Part shown: positions 45,526 to 56,303 of the stretch, piece by piece | Layout: every line of letters begins with the position of its first letter | Numbering within the stretch: the stretch's first letter is position 1 | Source of the DNA: Strigamia acuminata | Taxonomy: Eukaryota | Assembly (NCBI GenBank): GCA_949358305.1 | Contig: OX442314.1 | Coordinates: 24,862,001-24,926,000 of the forward strand | Length of the DNA stretch: 64,000 nt | Reading direction: 5' to 3' | The notes under the pieces: generated by a model | What the model was told of the DNA's origin: nothing | What the model saw: only the letters and a program-made list of their open reading frames with translations | Database searches by the model: none | Translations under genes and position numbers: made by a program

Positions 45526-46516
45526 CAAGGAGACCGCAAGAGTGTGTAATCCACAATTGTTAAAATTGTTTGTAAATAAAGCATTCACATCACCTAAACA
45601 ATCTATTTTTCTCATATTAAAATGCACCTTTCTCTCACATTGTTACAAACAGTAACAACACACAGGATTCCTTACTGTGTGTTGAAACACCATTTTTTGA
45701 TATTTTGAGTAAAAAGGTCAAGTGTAGCACTACATTTGGTGATTAGGCTGTTCAAACCTTACTCTGGAACCCAGGTAATTTGATATCACATGACATATGA
45801 CATCACAACTTTGTTCACCAACATGACTGCCTGCATGAAGCAACAATAGTGTGTTCTGGTGGCTCAGTGGTTAAGGTAATGAATCAGGAATCTTTCCACA
45901 CAGGTTCAAATCCTGTTGTCGATGAAAATTTTTACTTATATTTTTTCTTTATTTTTAGCAGTAAAGTTAATGTTTGTTATTTTATATTTTTTTAAAAAAT
46001 TTTAATTAATTAATTTAATATAATTAAAATTATAAAAAAAAATTTTTAAAAAAAATATAAAATAACAAACATTAACTTTACTGCTAAAAATAAAGAAAAA
46101 ATATAAGTAAAAATTTTCATCGACAACAGGATTTGAACCTGTGTGGAAAGATTCCTGATTCATTACCTTAACCACTGAGCCACCAGAACACACTATTGTT
46201 GCTTCATGCAGGCAGTCATGTTGGTGAACAAAGTTGTGATGTCATATGTCATGTGATATCAAATTACCTGGGTTCCAGAGTAAGGTTTGAACAGCCTAAT
46301 CACCAAATGTAGTGCTACACTTGACCTTTTTACTCAAAATATCAAAAAATGGTGTTTCAACACACAGTAAGGAATCCTGTGTGTTGTTACTGTTTGTAAC
46401 AATGTGAGAAAGAGGTGCATTTTAATATGAGAAAAATAGATTGTTTAGGTGATTTGAATGCTTTATTTACAAACAATTTTAACAATTGTGGATTACACAC
46501 TCTTGCGGTCTCCTTG
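45526..46516. mobile_element. ~1 kb near-perfect palindromic (fold-back) element with TAA TSD and tRNA-like A/B boxes in each arm
   Basis: TAA|CAAGGAGACC...GGTCTCCTTG|TAA; ~475 bp arms; TGGCTCAGTGG (45860) and GGTTCAAATCC (45903) mirrored in the right arm. Confidence 0.85.
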
Positions 46517-46529
46517 TAAAATCAAATTA

Positions 46530-46988
46530 CCGTATATCCTCGCGTATAATGCGGCCCGCGTATAATGCGGCCCGCGTATAATGCGACCCCCCCATTTTAG
46601 GCGCCATATTTGCTAATAAGTGGTGTATGCGCGTATAATGCGAATTAACATTTGTGTACCACAACACTGCAAAATGTGGTTTGATAAGTTTGTTTATTTA
46701 AAAGGAAACTTGAAAATCAAAAATTTTTTTCCTCTTTGCTTATATTTTGATGACGGATTGCTGGATTGTTGCGTAATTTGCATTATTTGGATTGTCGGTT
46801 GGTCGTATTGTGTGTTGTAAACGGGATAAACGAAGTTCTCTTTGTAGGAATTATGCACATAGACAATACGTTACGTGTACGACAACTTTTTATTTTTTAT
46901 TTTTTATTATGCGCGTATAGTGCGACCCCCCCAATTCGAGGTCCAAAATTCGCGATAAATATTTCGCACTATACGCGAGGATATACGG
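46530..46988. mobile_element. pogo/Tc2-type MITE
   Basis: TA|CCGTATATCCTCGCGTATA...TATACGCGAGGATATACGG|TA with subterminal CGCGTATAATGCG repeats. Confidence 0.85.
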
Positions 46989-47026
46989 TATTTAATATTG
47001 GCATTTTAAATTTTAAATTTCAGTTT

Positions 47027-47597
47027 TTATAATTTTATCTTTACTTTTTTTACCACGAATATGAGAGAAATTATGAGCGATGTAGCCATTTCTTTGGTGT
47101 TGACATTGTGGCATTTATCGGTGGTGCACACGCATAGTGTGGCTTTTAATCCGGCGACTTCTGTCGTTTCTTTGCATTCGGTTCTGGGTTTTAGCAGCGA
47201 AAAACCTACGCAACCTTTTGTAACGACTTCTAAAATCAAATTATTTACAGTCGAGAGTTAATATTGGCATTGTAAATTATAAATTTAAGTTTTTATTCTT
47301 TTATTTACGTCTATCTTTAGACTCCCGACTGCTTTCGAGCAAAATGAGTTCACGCCGCTCGTCTAACACTCGTTACATCGTCTTTGCAGCCTTTTTCATT
47401 CGTAAGATCGCTGCATTCGTAGCAGATGAGTGATAACCCTGACGAATAATTATTTACAAATGCCCAATTGCAATTATATAGTAAAAATAAATAAATTATG
47501 CGCTTATTATATCCAGAAATGATATTGAACTTGATTAATTGGTATAATTACCACTTTCTACAAGTAGAAACAGCAGTGTTTCTGCCAGGAAATTCAT
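47027..47597 (-). pseudogene. Ly6 gene C pseudogene; exons 47552-47597, 47309-47438, ~47027-47229
   Basis: 1-nt deletion in exon 2 relative to gene F gives a premature TGA; GPI tail truncated (FVVKKVKIKL). Confidence 0.8.
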
Positions 47598-48386
47598 TTA
47601 GATGTTTTTAGAATTGCCCAGAACAATTTTCCGAAGCGAACGGCTGATCGCGCGTGCTTGTACAATGTGCATTTTTCAAACTGCGTTGCTAAGTTACGGC
47701 AAAAATAAAAACAATAAATCGAATGGAAAGAAAAGATAAGTCGTATGCTTTACACCGTTGAATTGTCATCTCGAGGATTGAGGCTCAATCTTTGAAATCT
47801 GAATTTATGGAAACGCTCTGGCATCTTGTGGACGAATGATACCCAGGACTTGACTATTCTGTGATTTGATTCACGATGGTTGTCTCGACATTTGGACGGT
47901 TCCGTATAGTTTGATTTTACCCCCGTACTATTTCCACTGCAAATTTTTCAAATCAGCGGAAATAGCCTGTGTGCTATTTCCCCTGAAATATCAGTAGAAA
48001 TAGCCACTGCGCTGCTGGAAAATCCCAGAGCTTTATACAGTGGGGTCAGGTGACGGCTGCAACCAATGACTGTCAACGTCCGCCACCCATTTCACCCCTC
48101 AGGGTACACACCTGTCCTTTTGGGCCACAGAAGGGGAAACGACCCCTCAAGATTGTGTGTGGCACAGAAGGGGGTAACCTACGGGGTATTCTAACTCTGT
48201 AATCTCCGGAGTCCCAGGAGATGGCGCACCTGTCCGGGTCACGTCAGTTCCGGTTCTACCTTGCGGGTCGCGCGGTCTCTCAAATCTCTGTTCAGGTATT
48301 TTTGATTAAAATTTTGAAATTTTTCTGAAATTTGATTTGATTTTTTAGTTTTGATTGCTCGAATCGCATAAATTTTACCGTTTTCG

Positions 48387-51300
48387 ATGAATTTCAACGG
48401 CCTTTTCGATCAAACGCCCTCGTCGGGCCTAGCTGACCACGTGGACCAGACGGACCCTAACCCTATCGTTAACCCTAACGATCAAGCGTCGGCGATGGAT
48501 TTGCTTTTGCAGGAGATGAAGGTACTGAAAGATGCCGTCTCTCTTCTACAAAACAACGTGAATACAGGGGTGCAGTCTTCTGCTCCTCTGGCTGTGGGTC
48601 TTCAAGCCCCGTTCACGCCACCTTTGATCCCTCCGCCAGCTTCACCGTTGGCGGATCCGATCGCCAACCCTCCTGCCTTCGATTTCGGGGCAGTAGAAAA
48701 GGCGGTTCTCGTGGTTCCTAAAACCCTTGGGCCTGAAATTCCGCTCGATTTAGAGAAATGGGTTTCCAACGGACTTTTTGGAGTCCCTGCCGCCTACCGT
48801 ACCAAAACGCTAGAGAAATATATAATTCCGGCGAATTTGAGCTATTTGGACCCGCCTCCAGTTGAGAGCGCGTTCATCCAGAATGTGCCAAAAGGGCTTA
48901 AACAACAAGACGGTATTTCCAGGAAGATTCAAACGCACACACTACGCGCTGTAGTCCCCCTCTGCCAGACGATGGTGGACATCTCGACCGCAATTCCACC
49001 AGGTCCCTTGCAGACCAAAATTTTCCAGCAGATGTCGGACGCCTTGGTAATCCTGGGAGGCACTAATGCCCAATTAAACAGGAAGCGAAGGGCTGATTTA
49101 CAGCCCATGCTGGCGAAACAATACAAACCGTTATGTTTGGACCAGGAATCGTTTCCTTTCGAGCTATTTGGCCCCAACGTCCAAAAGCGCATGGACGATT
49201 TAGAAAGCTCGGCGAAGTATATGGCGAGGATTTCGGAAGATAAAAAGTCGGAGCGTAGGAGTTTCCAACCGCCGCCTTTTCGCCGCCCTTTTCGACCAGC
49301 TTTCCGCCCCTCCTTTGGCTCTGACCGATCGAGAGAGGATGCTAAAAAACCGTATGGAGGTATAAGATTGCAATTAAACAATTCTTTAAACCCCTCTAAC
49401 TCTTGTCCTTGCAGGCAAGAAGTCGCAACCAAAGGACCAAATGAACAAGAAGAAATAATTACTGTTTTGGTAAATAAAATGTTTGAATTTGAAAAATTGC
49501 GCATTCCTTTTTCGCCCGGTGGTTTGGCCTCTAAGGTCAAAAATTGGGCCCAAATTTCGACTGATAGGTGGTTGTTGAATACCTTAAAAGGTATTTCGTT
49601 TGACTTTACCTCAGCTGAGTTGGTTTCCGATCCCAGGTCGGTCTATCAAATGTCCATTTCGGACTCTGTCGCCATGACGGCGGCTATCCAAGATTTACTG
49701 AAACTCCAAATTATTTCGGTGGTTGAGCCCTTACAGGGTCAAATTTTAAGCCCAGTTTTTCCGGTCCCTAAACCGGATGGGTCGGTACGCGTCATTCTTA
49801 ATTTGAAATGCTTTAACCAAAATCTGGAATACAAGCATTTCAAGATGGCGTCGATTCGAGACGCCATTGCCTTATTGCGAGAAGGTGATTTCCTTTTCAA
49901 AGTGGACTTTAAGAATGCCTATTACCTCCTGGCCGTGCATTTTTTATTTAAAAAATTTTTGCGCTTCATTTGGGATGGGGTTTTGTACGAGTATAACGTC
50001 ATGCCCATGGGTTTGGCGAGTGCACCTCGCATTTTTACTAAACTAATGCTCCCTGTTTATGCTCAATTGAGAACTTGGGGGCTAGTTGGTGTGCCTTACT
50101 TAGACGATGGCATTTTTTTGTGCAGATCCCTTGCTAAAGCTCTAGAAGACTGTCGCATTGCTGTCGGGTTTTTCCAGTGGCTAGGTTTAACTATAAACTG
50201 GGAAAAATCTGAACTGTCTCCCAAAACTCGCATGGAGTTTTTGGGTTTGGTTTTGGACACCATTTTGATGACTGTGTCTCTGCCTCAGCGTAAAGTTTCC
50301 AAGATTATTAGCTTGGCTGAGGATTTGTTGAGTCGCGGCCAGGTTTCTATAAAGCTTTTGGCTGTCTTTATTGGCAATTTAGTTTCGGCCGAACCGGCCC
50401 TCCACCATGGCTACTGGTTTATTAAACCGTTAGAAGCCTTTAAAACGGGCCAGTTAGTTAGAAATAATTCCAACTACGAGGCCCTGGTCCCCCTTTATCC
50501 CGATATTAAAGAGGAATTAAAATTTTGGACTAATGAGGAAAATTTTAAGCCTAAATCTCTACGCTTACTTCCCAGCACTGTAGATATTTTTTCTGACGCC
50601 TCCAACGCTGGTTGGGGGGCGGCATGGGGTGAGGTTTCCGCCAACGGCCAATGGTCACTCCAGGAACAAGCCCTACACATTAATGTGAAAGAATTACTTG
50701 CCCTGGTTTTTGCCTGGAAGGCTTTTTTGCCCTTTAATGGAGCCAAGTCGATTACCTTCCATTGCGACAACTCTACGGTTGTGAGCCTTTTTAAAAACCA
50801 GGGAAGCATGGTGCATTTGCTGCACTCATATGGCAGGAGGTTGTGGGAAGATGCCCAAGTACTTGGTGTCCTTTTTACCGTCGTACACGTGGCCGGAAAG
50901 GAAAATGTCCTTGCGGATAGATTGTCCAGGAACTTTATTTCCCTTGATGGGGAGTGGAGTCTGGATGACAAAATTTTTAAAGAATTAGTTGCCTTGTTTG
51001 GGGCTCCTAAAATTGATTTATTTGCCACTCGTCTAAATTGTAAGCTGAAACAATTTTTCTCTTGGGGGCCAGACCCCGAGGCGCTGAAGGTGGATGCCTT
51101 TGCCCATCCTTGGAATGTTTTTTCTTATGCCTTTCCTCCCTTCAATTTAATTAATAGGATCCTGTGGAAGGCTCATCACGAGAAGGCCACCATTTTGTTG
51201 GTGGTTCCCCTTTGGGCGACCCAAACTTGGTTCTCGCGGCTGTTGGAAATGCTGGTAGCAGTTCCTGTACGTTTTCCGGCCAAGGACAGGTTGTTTCTCG

Positions 51301-51521
51301 CCCACAGCCCGGAAGAAACGCCCCGCCTAAACCACAAGTTGGTCCTCCTTGGCTGCAAAATCTCGGGGGATCCCTTGCTGCAAGAGGGTTTTCAGCGAAC
51401 GCTTCCCTCCTCTTCCAGGAAAGCTGGAGGCCAGGCACCATCTCCGCATATTCAGCGGGAATTAAGAGGTGGGAGATGTTTCTATCTCAACGATCGGATC
51501 CTCCAAATTTCGACCCTGTAG
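48387..51521 (+). CDS. DIRS fused Gag-Pol (RT, RNase H, methyltransferase-like domain)
   Basis: YLDD, FSDASNAGWGA, HINVKEL, IDLFA...YAFPPF motifs; gag-like N-terminal ~325 aa. Confidence 0.93.
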   Translation: MNFNGLFDQTPSSGLADHVDQTDPNPIVNPNDQASAMDLLLQEMKVLKDAVSLLQNNVNTGVQSSAPLAVGLQAPFTPPLIPPPASPLADPIANPPAFDFGAVEKAVLVVPKTLGPEIPLDLEKWVSNGLFGVPAAYRTKTLEKYIIPANLSYLDPPPVESAFIQNVPKGLKQQDGISRKIQTHTLRAVVPLCQTMVDISTAIPPGPLQTKIFQQMSDALVILGGTNAQLNRKRRADLQPMLAKQYKPLCLDQESFPFELFGPNVQKRMDDLESSAKYMARISEDKKSERRSFQPPPFRRPFRPAFRPSFGSDRSREDAKKPYGGIRLQLNNSLNPSNSCPCRQEVATKGPNEQEEIITVLVNKMFEFEKLRIPFSPGGLASKVKNWAQISTDRWLLNTLKGISFDFTSAELVSDPRSVYQMSISDSVAMTAAIQDLLKLQIISVVEPLQGQILSPVFPVPKPDGSVRVILNLKCFNQNLEYKHFKMASIRDAIALLREGDFLFKVDFKNAYYLLAVHFLFKKFLRFIWDGVLYEYNVMPMGLASAPRIFTKLMLPVYAQLRTWGLVGVPYLDDGIFLCRSLAKALEDCRIAVGFFQWLGLTINWEKSELSPKTRMEFLGLVLDTILMTVSLPQRKVSKIISLAEDLLSRGQVSIKLLAVFIGNLVSAEPALHHGYWFIKPLEAFKTGQLVRNNSNYEALVPLYPDIKEELKFWTNEENFKPKSLRLLPSTVDIFSDASNAGWGAAWGEVSANGQWSLQEQALHINVKELLALVFAWKAFLPFNGAKSITFHCDNSTVVSLFKNQGSMVHLLHSYGRRLWEDAQVLGVLFTVVHVAGKENVLADRLSRNFISLDGEWSLDDKIFKELVALFGAPKIDLFATRLNCKLKQFFSWGPDPEALKVDAFAHPWNVFSYAFPPFNLINRILWKAHHEKATILLVVPLWATQTWFSRLLEMLVAVPVRFPAKDRLFLAHSPEETPRLNHKLVLLGCKISGDPLLQEGFQRTLPSSSRKAGGQAPSPHIQRELRGGRCFYLNDRILQISTL

Positions 51522-52324
51522 TGCTGACAGCAAATTTTGTGGCCTTCCTGTTCGATCTGGGCCTCTCTTACTCCGTGGTAAACGGTAACCTGGCGGCCAT
51601 TACGGCAGCTAGACTTATTACCCCGAAAACTCGGGGGCACGCGGATGTCCAGAGAGTCTTGCGGGGAGTCTACAACCTTCGCCCAGCCCTTCCTCGCTAC
51701 AACCAAACCTGGGATGTGGGTTTGGCGCTGACTGCCTTACGACAACTTTGGCCGCACGGGGTATTAGGCTGGAGGAAGTTACAGATCAAACTGGTGGTCC
51801 TTATGGCCTTAGTTTCGGCTTCCAGGGTAGCTACCTTACAGTCCCTCACCTTGGCTGATGTGAAACTTGCGGAAGGGGTTGCTATCATCCGACCAGCTGC
51901 CTTGCAAAAGACGTCCAGAACCGGGGTTCACCCAGTTTTACGTTTAGCAGCGTATCCGGCGGACACGAGGATCTGTCCTTTTCAGACTCTTTTGGATTTT
52001 CTTGAGCAGACTCAGGAGGTGAGAAAGGGGAAGGCCCTTTTTCTCATACAGAACCCTCCTTTTTCGGCGCCTACCGCCGACACGATCCGTAGATGGATCA
52101 AAGTTTTTCTACGAACAGTTGGTGTGGATACCAATGTCTTTGGCGCTCATTCCACTCGAGCTGCCTCGACTAGTGCGGCGGCCCTACATGTGCCTATTCA
52201 GGCTGTTCTAAGTGCGGCAGGTTGGACTTCCGAGTCCACCTTTGCTAAGTTTTATAATCGCCCAATAGTGGACGAAAATTTATTCCAAAATGCCATTTTG
52301 TCGATTAATAAGCAGAATAAATAA
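51164..52324 (+). CDS. DIRS tyrosine recombinase, overlapping the pol 3' end
   Basis: SASRV (Arg), HSTR (HxxR), AAGW, FAKFY (catalytic Tyr). Confidence 0.93.
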   Translation: MEGSSREGHHFVGGSPLGDPNLVLAAVGNAGSSSCTFSGQGQVVSRPQPGRNAPPKPQVGPPWLQNLGGSLAARGFSANASLLFQESWRPGTISAYSAGIKRWEMFLSQRSDPPNFDPVVLTANFVAFLFDLGLSYSVVNGNLAAITAARLITPKTRGHADVQRVLRGVYNLRPALPRYNQTWDVGLALTALRQLWPHGVLGWRKLQIKLVVLMALVSASRVATLQSLTLADVKLAEGVAIIRPAALQKTSRTGVHPVLRLAAYPADTRICPFQTLLDFLEQTQEVRKGKALFLIQNPPFSAPTADTIRRWIKVFLRTVGVDTNVFGAHSTRAASTSAAALHVPIQAVLSAAGWTSESTFAKFYNRPIVDENLFQNAILSINKQNK

Positions 52325-52994
52325 TATTCGTGACTTTTGATTTTTTTTTATTTTTGGTTTGTTTTTTCTTACCTTTTAAAAAATTATTACTGCGATGCCA
52401 CACTCTCCGGAGTTGGGTTTTTTGTTTTTTGTTTTTTCCTAAACAACTATTGCTCTAAAGTCTCCTGGGACTCCGGAGATTACAGAGTTAGAATGTAATC
52501 TCGGCGGAGTGAGATGAAACGTAGTTCTACGTAGTGAGTCGAATGATAGCCGAGTATCATTCTAACGATGTATATCGGAGGAGTCACAGGACCCACCTAC
52601 TCCCACCCGATTTTGTTTTTGGCAGTGCGACTGCGCTCAGCGATCTCATCGCTGTATTTTGGCCTGTGCACTCCAAGTTTCTTCTACGTTTTTTCCCATC
52701 TAATTTTTTCAGATAGTTGTTTAGCTTCTTAAGACTGACGTGACCCGGACAGGTGCGCCATCTCCTGTGACTCCTCCGATATACATCGTTAGAATGATAC
52801 TCGGCTATCATTCGACTCACTACGTAGAACTACGTTTCATCTCACTCCGCCGAGATTACAATCTTGCGTATGCGTAACACGACACGACACGACAAGAGTT
52901 TCTGAAATAGCAAAATCAAAGCGGTTTTATCAAATGTTTTTATTGCGATTCAAAGTTTAAGAGTTTAAGCTTGATCTACGTAATCCGCGACAGG

Positions 52995-53228
52995 CTAAAT
53001 AGCCCACATTAAAGTAGCCATAAATACTAATGAGAACAAAAGCGATTTGTCTTTAGTGTTGACGTCGGCATTGTTACACAAATCTTTGATACAAACGCAG
53101 TGGTGCTCTGCTTTTCCTGTATGGTCGATCTCCGTGTCGCATTTGTTTTTACGATGCTCTTTCGGTACGGCTAGGCATCCTCTATACACAAGTTCTAAAA
53201 TTAATGGAAATAAAATAAACTTTTTGCG

Positions 53229-53261
<33 letters not shown>

Positions 53262-53596
53262 TTTTAAACTTACTTTCACCGTGGACTACTTTGTCAGTTT
53301 TGAGACAAGCCTGACCTTCATCACACTCTATGGGCGTCAGTTTTTGTCGCACGCAATTACTATGGGTGTCGCAAAAATAACATTTAAGTGGAAAGCCTGT
53401 TGAAAAATGTGTAGATAATTAGAAGGAATGCATTTATAAGTATTTTAACGAATGTAAAATATTTCTATACGTTTTTAAAAATGATTTTCAATCGTTTAAA
53501 GAGATTAATGAATGCGCGTGTTGATTAGTCAGTTCGTTTTTAGTTACCATAATTCAGCAAAGTCAAAAAGAATATCCCGATTATAAGAATTTTCAT
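52995..53596 (-). CDS. Ly6/three-finger gene D, intact; exons 53548-53596, 53274-53396, 52995-53194
   Basis: MKILIIGIFFLTLLNYG|FPLKCYFCDTHSNC...ECDEGQACLKT|...RGCL...KCD...CVCIKDLCNNA plus hydrophobic tail; 10 Cys. Confidence 0.9.
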
Positions 53597-54051
53597 TTCG
53601 TTTGGTAATTCTTGAATTTAGTAATTAACTTTAGTCTGCTCCTGTTTGGCACCTCCAAAATGTTCTATTTTCTCTCTATTTTTTTCTTTTGTTTTAGCCG
53701 TTTTCTCAAAGGTGGCGCTCGCTGTACCGGACTGGCAGAATTGGTAGAAGATAACATTTTTGCGTTGTGTTATAATTAAAATAAAATAAAAATTCTACAC
53801 GAAGATTCACTGTATTTGAATGAAAATTTAAAAAAAAATTATTCTACAAATCACAAAATGACTATTTTTTTTTGGCTGCTTTAGTTTGGCACGTCCAAAT
53901 CCAAAATGTTTTTTTCTTTACTTTAACTGGTTTTTGAAAGATGTCACTACTTGCAGCAGGACTGGAAAGTTCGTAGGACAACGTAACAAAAGAAAATCTG
54001 GACTTTTTAAATTTTTGTTTGACCGTTGAGCTTTGCTGCATTGGTTGTTCT

Positions 54052-56124
54052 TAATGTGTTCTTATCGTCGAATAATTGATGAAAGTGGATAAAATTATGA
54101 GTGGTCGAAATAAGCAGCCATGTCTTAGTTGGAAATTAACATAAGTGTGTTTAATAAAAATGCAAATAGTACAGAGGGCGCTCGCGTAAGCGGGCGCGTC
54201 ATAAAGTACGCAAATACAAAATGGAGTCAGAACACTCCATCATCCCCTTAATTGAGAACCAACAAGGGAGCAATTCAAATACAAATAAATTCAAATGTGA
54301 TAACAAACAAATGTAACATACTAAGATCGAATTACAATAAAACAAATTAACTAAACAAATTACAAACTCAATCCATAATTTAAATTCACTGGAAAACCGT
54401 AAAATCGCGTTGGCTTTCTTTTCCTGGCTGGCCGTACAATGCGAGCTGCTTGCGGAGGTAATTAAGGCAAGGACTGAAGCGCAGGAGGTGACGGCGGAAG
54501 AGGAGGAAGCAACGGAATAGGAAATCTCGGAGGTGAGTTAGGAATTGGAATAAGCATATTTGGCTGGGGTTGGTCAGGAGCCGCGAGTTGAGGTTGAGCT
54601 TGAACAATTGGCGGAATCTCAGTGGAGTTCTGAGGCACAACAAATGGGCCAGAATGACGCTCATCCCCTTCAATTGAGCGAGAAGGCGAAATTACCATTC
54701 GTTTACGCAATTCCTTTTCAAGCGCCGGCGGTGCCACGTTGACCCGGCCAATTTCGTCGTGGGAAACGTGTTTACGTTTGTCCAAAATCGTCCGCAACGT
54801 CTCGCGATCAGCTGCACTGGCAGAGCACTGCGGCGCAGCATCTTTAGCTGCCGCAGCCACAGGAGAAGCCGCTTCGTACGCAGGGGCAGCAACAGTCGAC
54901 GGCAAAGACGGATCGTCTTGCGGCGCAGGAAACGCTTCCATTTCGCGAGTAGGAGCGATGGTGGCGGCCAATTCCAAGTTGTTTGGGTCTGCAGCCCGCT
55001 GTCGAGTCGCACGTTTGCGAGCGAATTTCGGAGGAACACCGGCAGCAGCATGATGAATTACGGAACGAAGGGCCGCACCAGCAGCGTGCAGCAAACCGAA
55101 TTCGTCCATCCAGTCACGTCCGAGCAACGGAACTTGACCGTGTTCGGCCACACACAACGGCAATTTGCGTGTTTTCCCGTCGTACGTAACTGGAACGATG
55201 CACACGCCCGTCATCGGCAAGGAATGGCCATCGTACGACGAAAATTCAGTGGAAAGTGGTTGGATCTGGAACTGAGAAAAATATTTATTATGCATCGCGC
55301 GACTGATGATTGTGGCGCCAGCTCCAGTGTCAATTTCCATCCATAACAGCGTCTGAGCGATTCGAAGCTCGAGAACTAGTGGTTTGGTCGGCCTGATGGA
55401 CACTTCATTCACCGCGATCGGGGTTTTAGGCTTCCTCGTACGAACGGTGTAAAATGTCAGCTTGCGAGGTGCCGACACAGTGGTGTGATGAGCGGACGCT
55501 GAAAGCTTGGTGGACCGACAGATGGGCTTAATGTGCCCCTCAATGCCGCAGCCATGGCACGTTGCATTGCGGAATCTACACTCATCGTGGCGGTGTCCCG
55601 ACCTGCCGCAATGTTTACACTTGACATTTTCGTGTTGCGACTGGGGACGATCCGACTGCTCTTGAGATGATCCTGTGGTGCCCCTCGAGGAGCGTTTGCC
55701 ACTTTTAGGCGAATTCGCGACGTTTCTGGAGGAGTTCCCGCCCTTATCAACGTGATGCACCGACTGTTGGGGATCCACGAAGGAAGAAACATCTGCTCCG
55801 GCGATTTCTGCAGAAGTGGCCGCCTCGAGCGCCTTGGCGAAGGTCAAGTCCTTTTTGACATCAAACGACGGGAAAAACACACAAAAAGTCACAGAAGATC
55901 GTGGATTCTTTGTTGAAATTCATACCTCGTCGCCAATAATGTGTTCTTATCGTCGAATAATTGATGAAAGTGGATAAAATTATGAGTGGTCGAAATAAGC
56001 AGCCATGTCTTAGTTGGAAATTAACATAAGTGTGTTTAATAAAAATGCAAATAGTACAGAGGGCGCTCGCGTAAGCGGGCGCGTCATAAAGTACGCAAAT
56101 ACAAAATGGAGTCAGAACACTCCA
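54052..56124 (-). mobile_element. Internally deleted, non-autonomous Mag-like Gypsy element
   Basis: 188 bp LTRs identical by eye (54052-54239, 55937-56124); GTTCT TSD; PBS TGGCGACGAG; PPT AAGGGGATGA; no RT or integrase core. Confidence 0.9.
54462..55892 (-). pseudogene. Gag C-terminus (two CCHC knuckles) plus aspartic protease remnant
   Basis: CKHCGRSGHRHDEC, CHGCGIEGHIKPIC, MEIDTGA, LLGRDW. Confidence 0.85.
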
Positions 56125-56303
56125 GTTCTCCAATAGCATTTGAGTGTGTGTAAATTAAATGTAATTTACTGTTTCCGGTGAACAGAAAACAAAAATAAAA
56201 TGTTTATTACTGAAAATTTGGAAATATTAATTACACAAAAATATATTTGTATGTGGTATAATAAAATGTTAATTATTTTTAAGAGCAAAAAACATATTCA
56301 GGT

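Larger units (their letters stand above)
48188..52860 (+). mobile_element. Full-length DIRS1-type tyrosine-recombinase retrotransposon
   Basis: Left ITR 48188-48248; internal complementary region 52461-52591 complementary to both termini; right ITR 52734-52860; gag, RT/RNase H/MT and YR ORFs. Confidence 0.95.

Noticed and set aside
45851..45925. tRNA gene in the palindrome arms
   Set aside because: A and B boxes are present but there is no convincing acceptor or anticodon stem; treated as tRNA-derived SINE-like sequence
47918..48188. Small element with TACCCC(C)GTA/TACGGGGTA ends just upstream of the DIRS
   Set aside because: Inverted match is too short and imperfect to call
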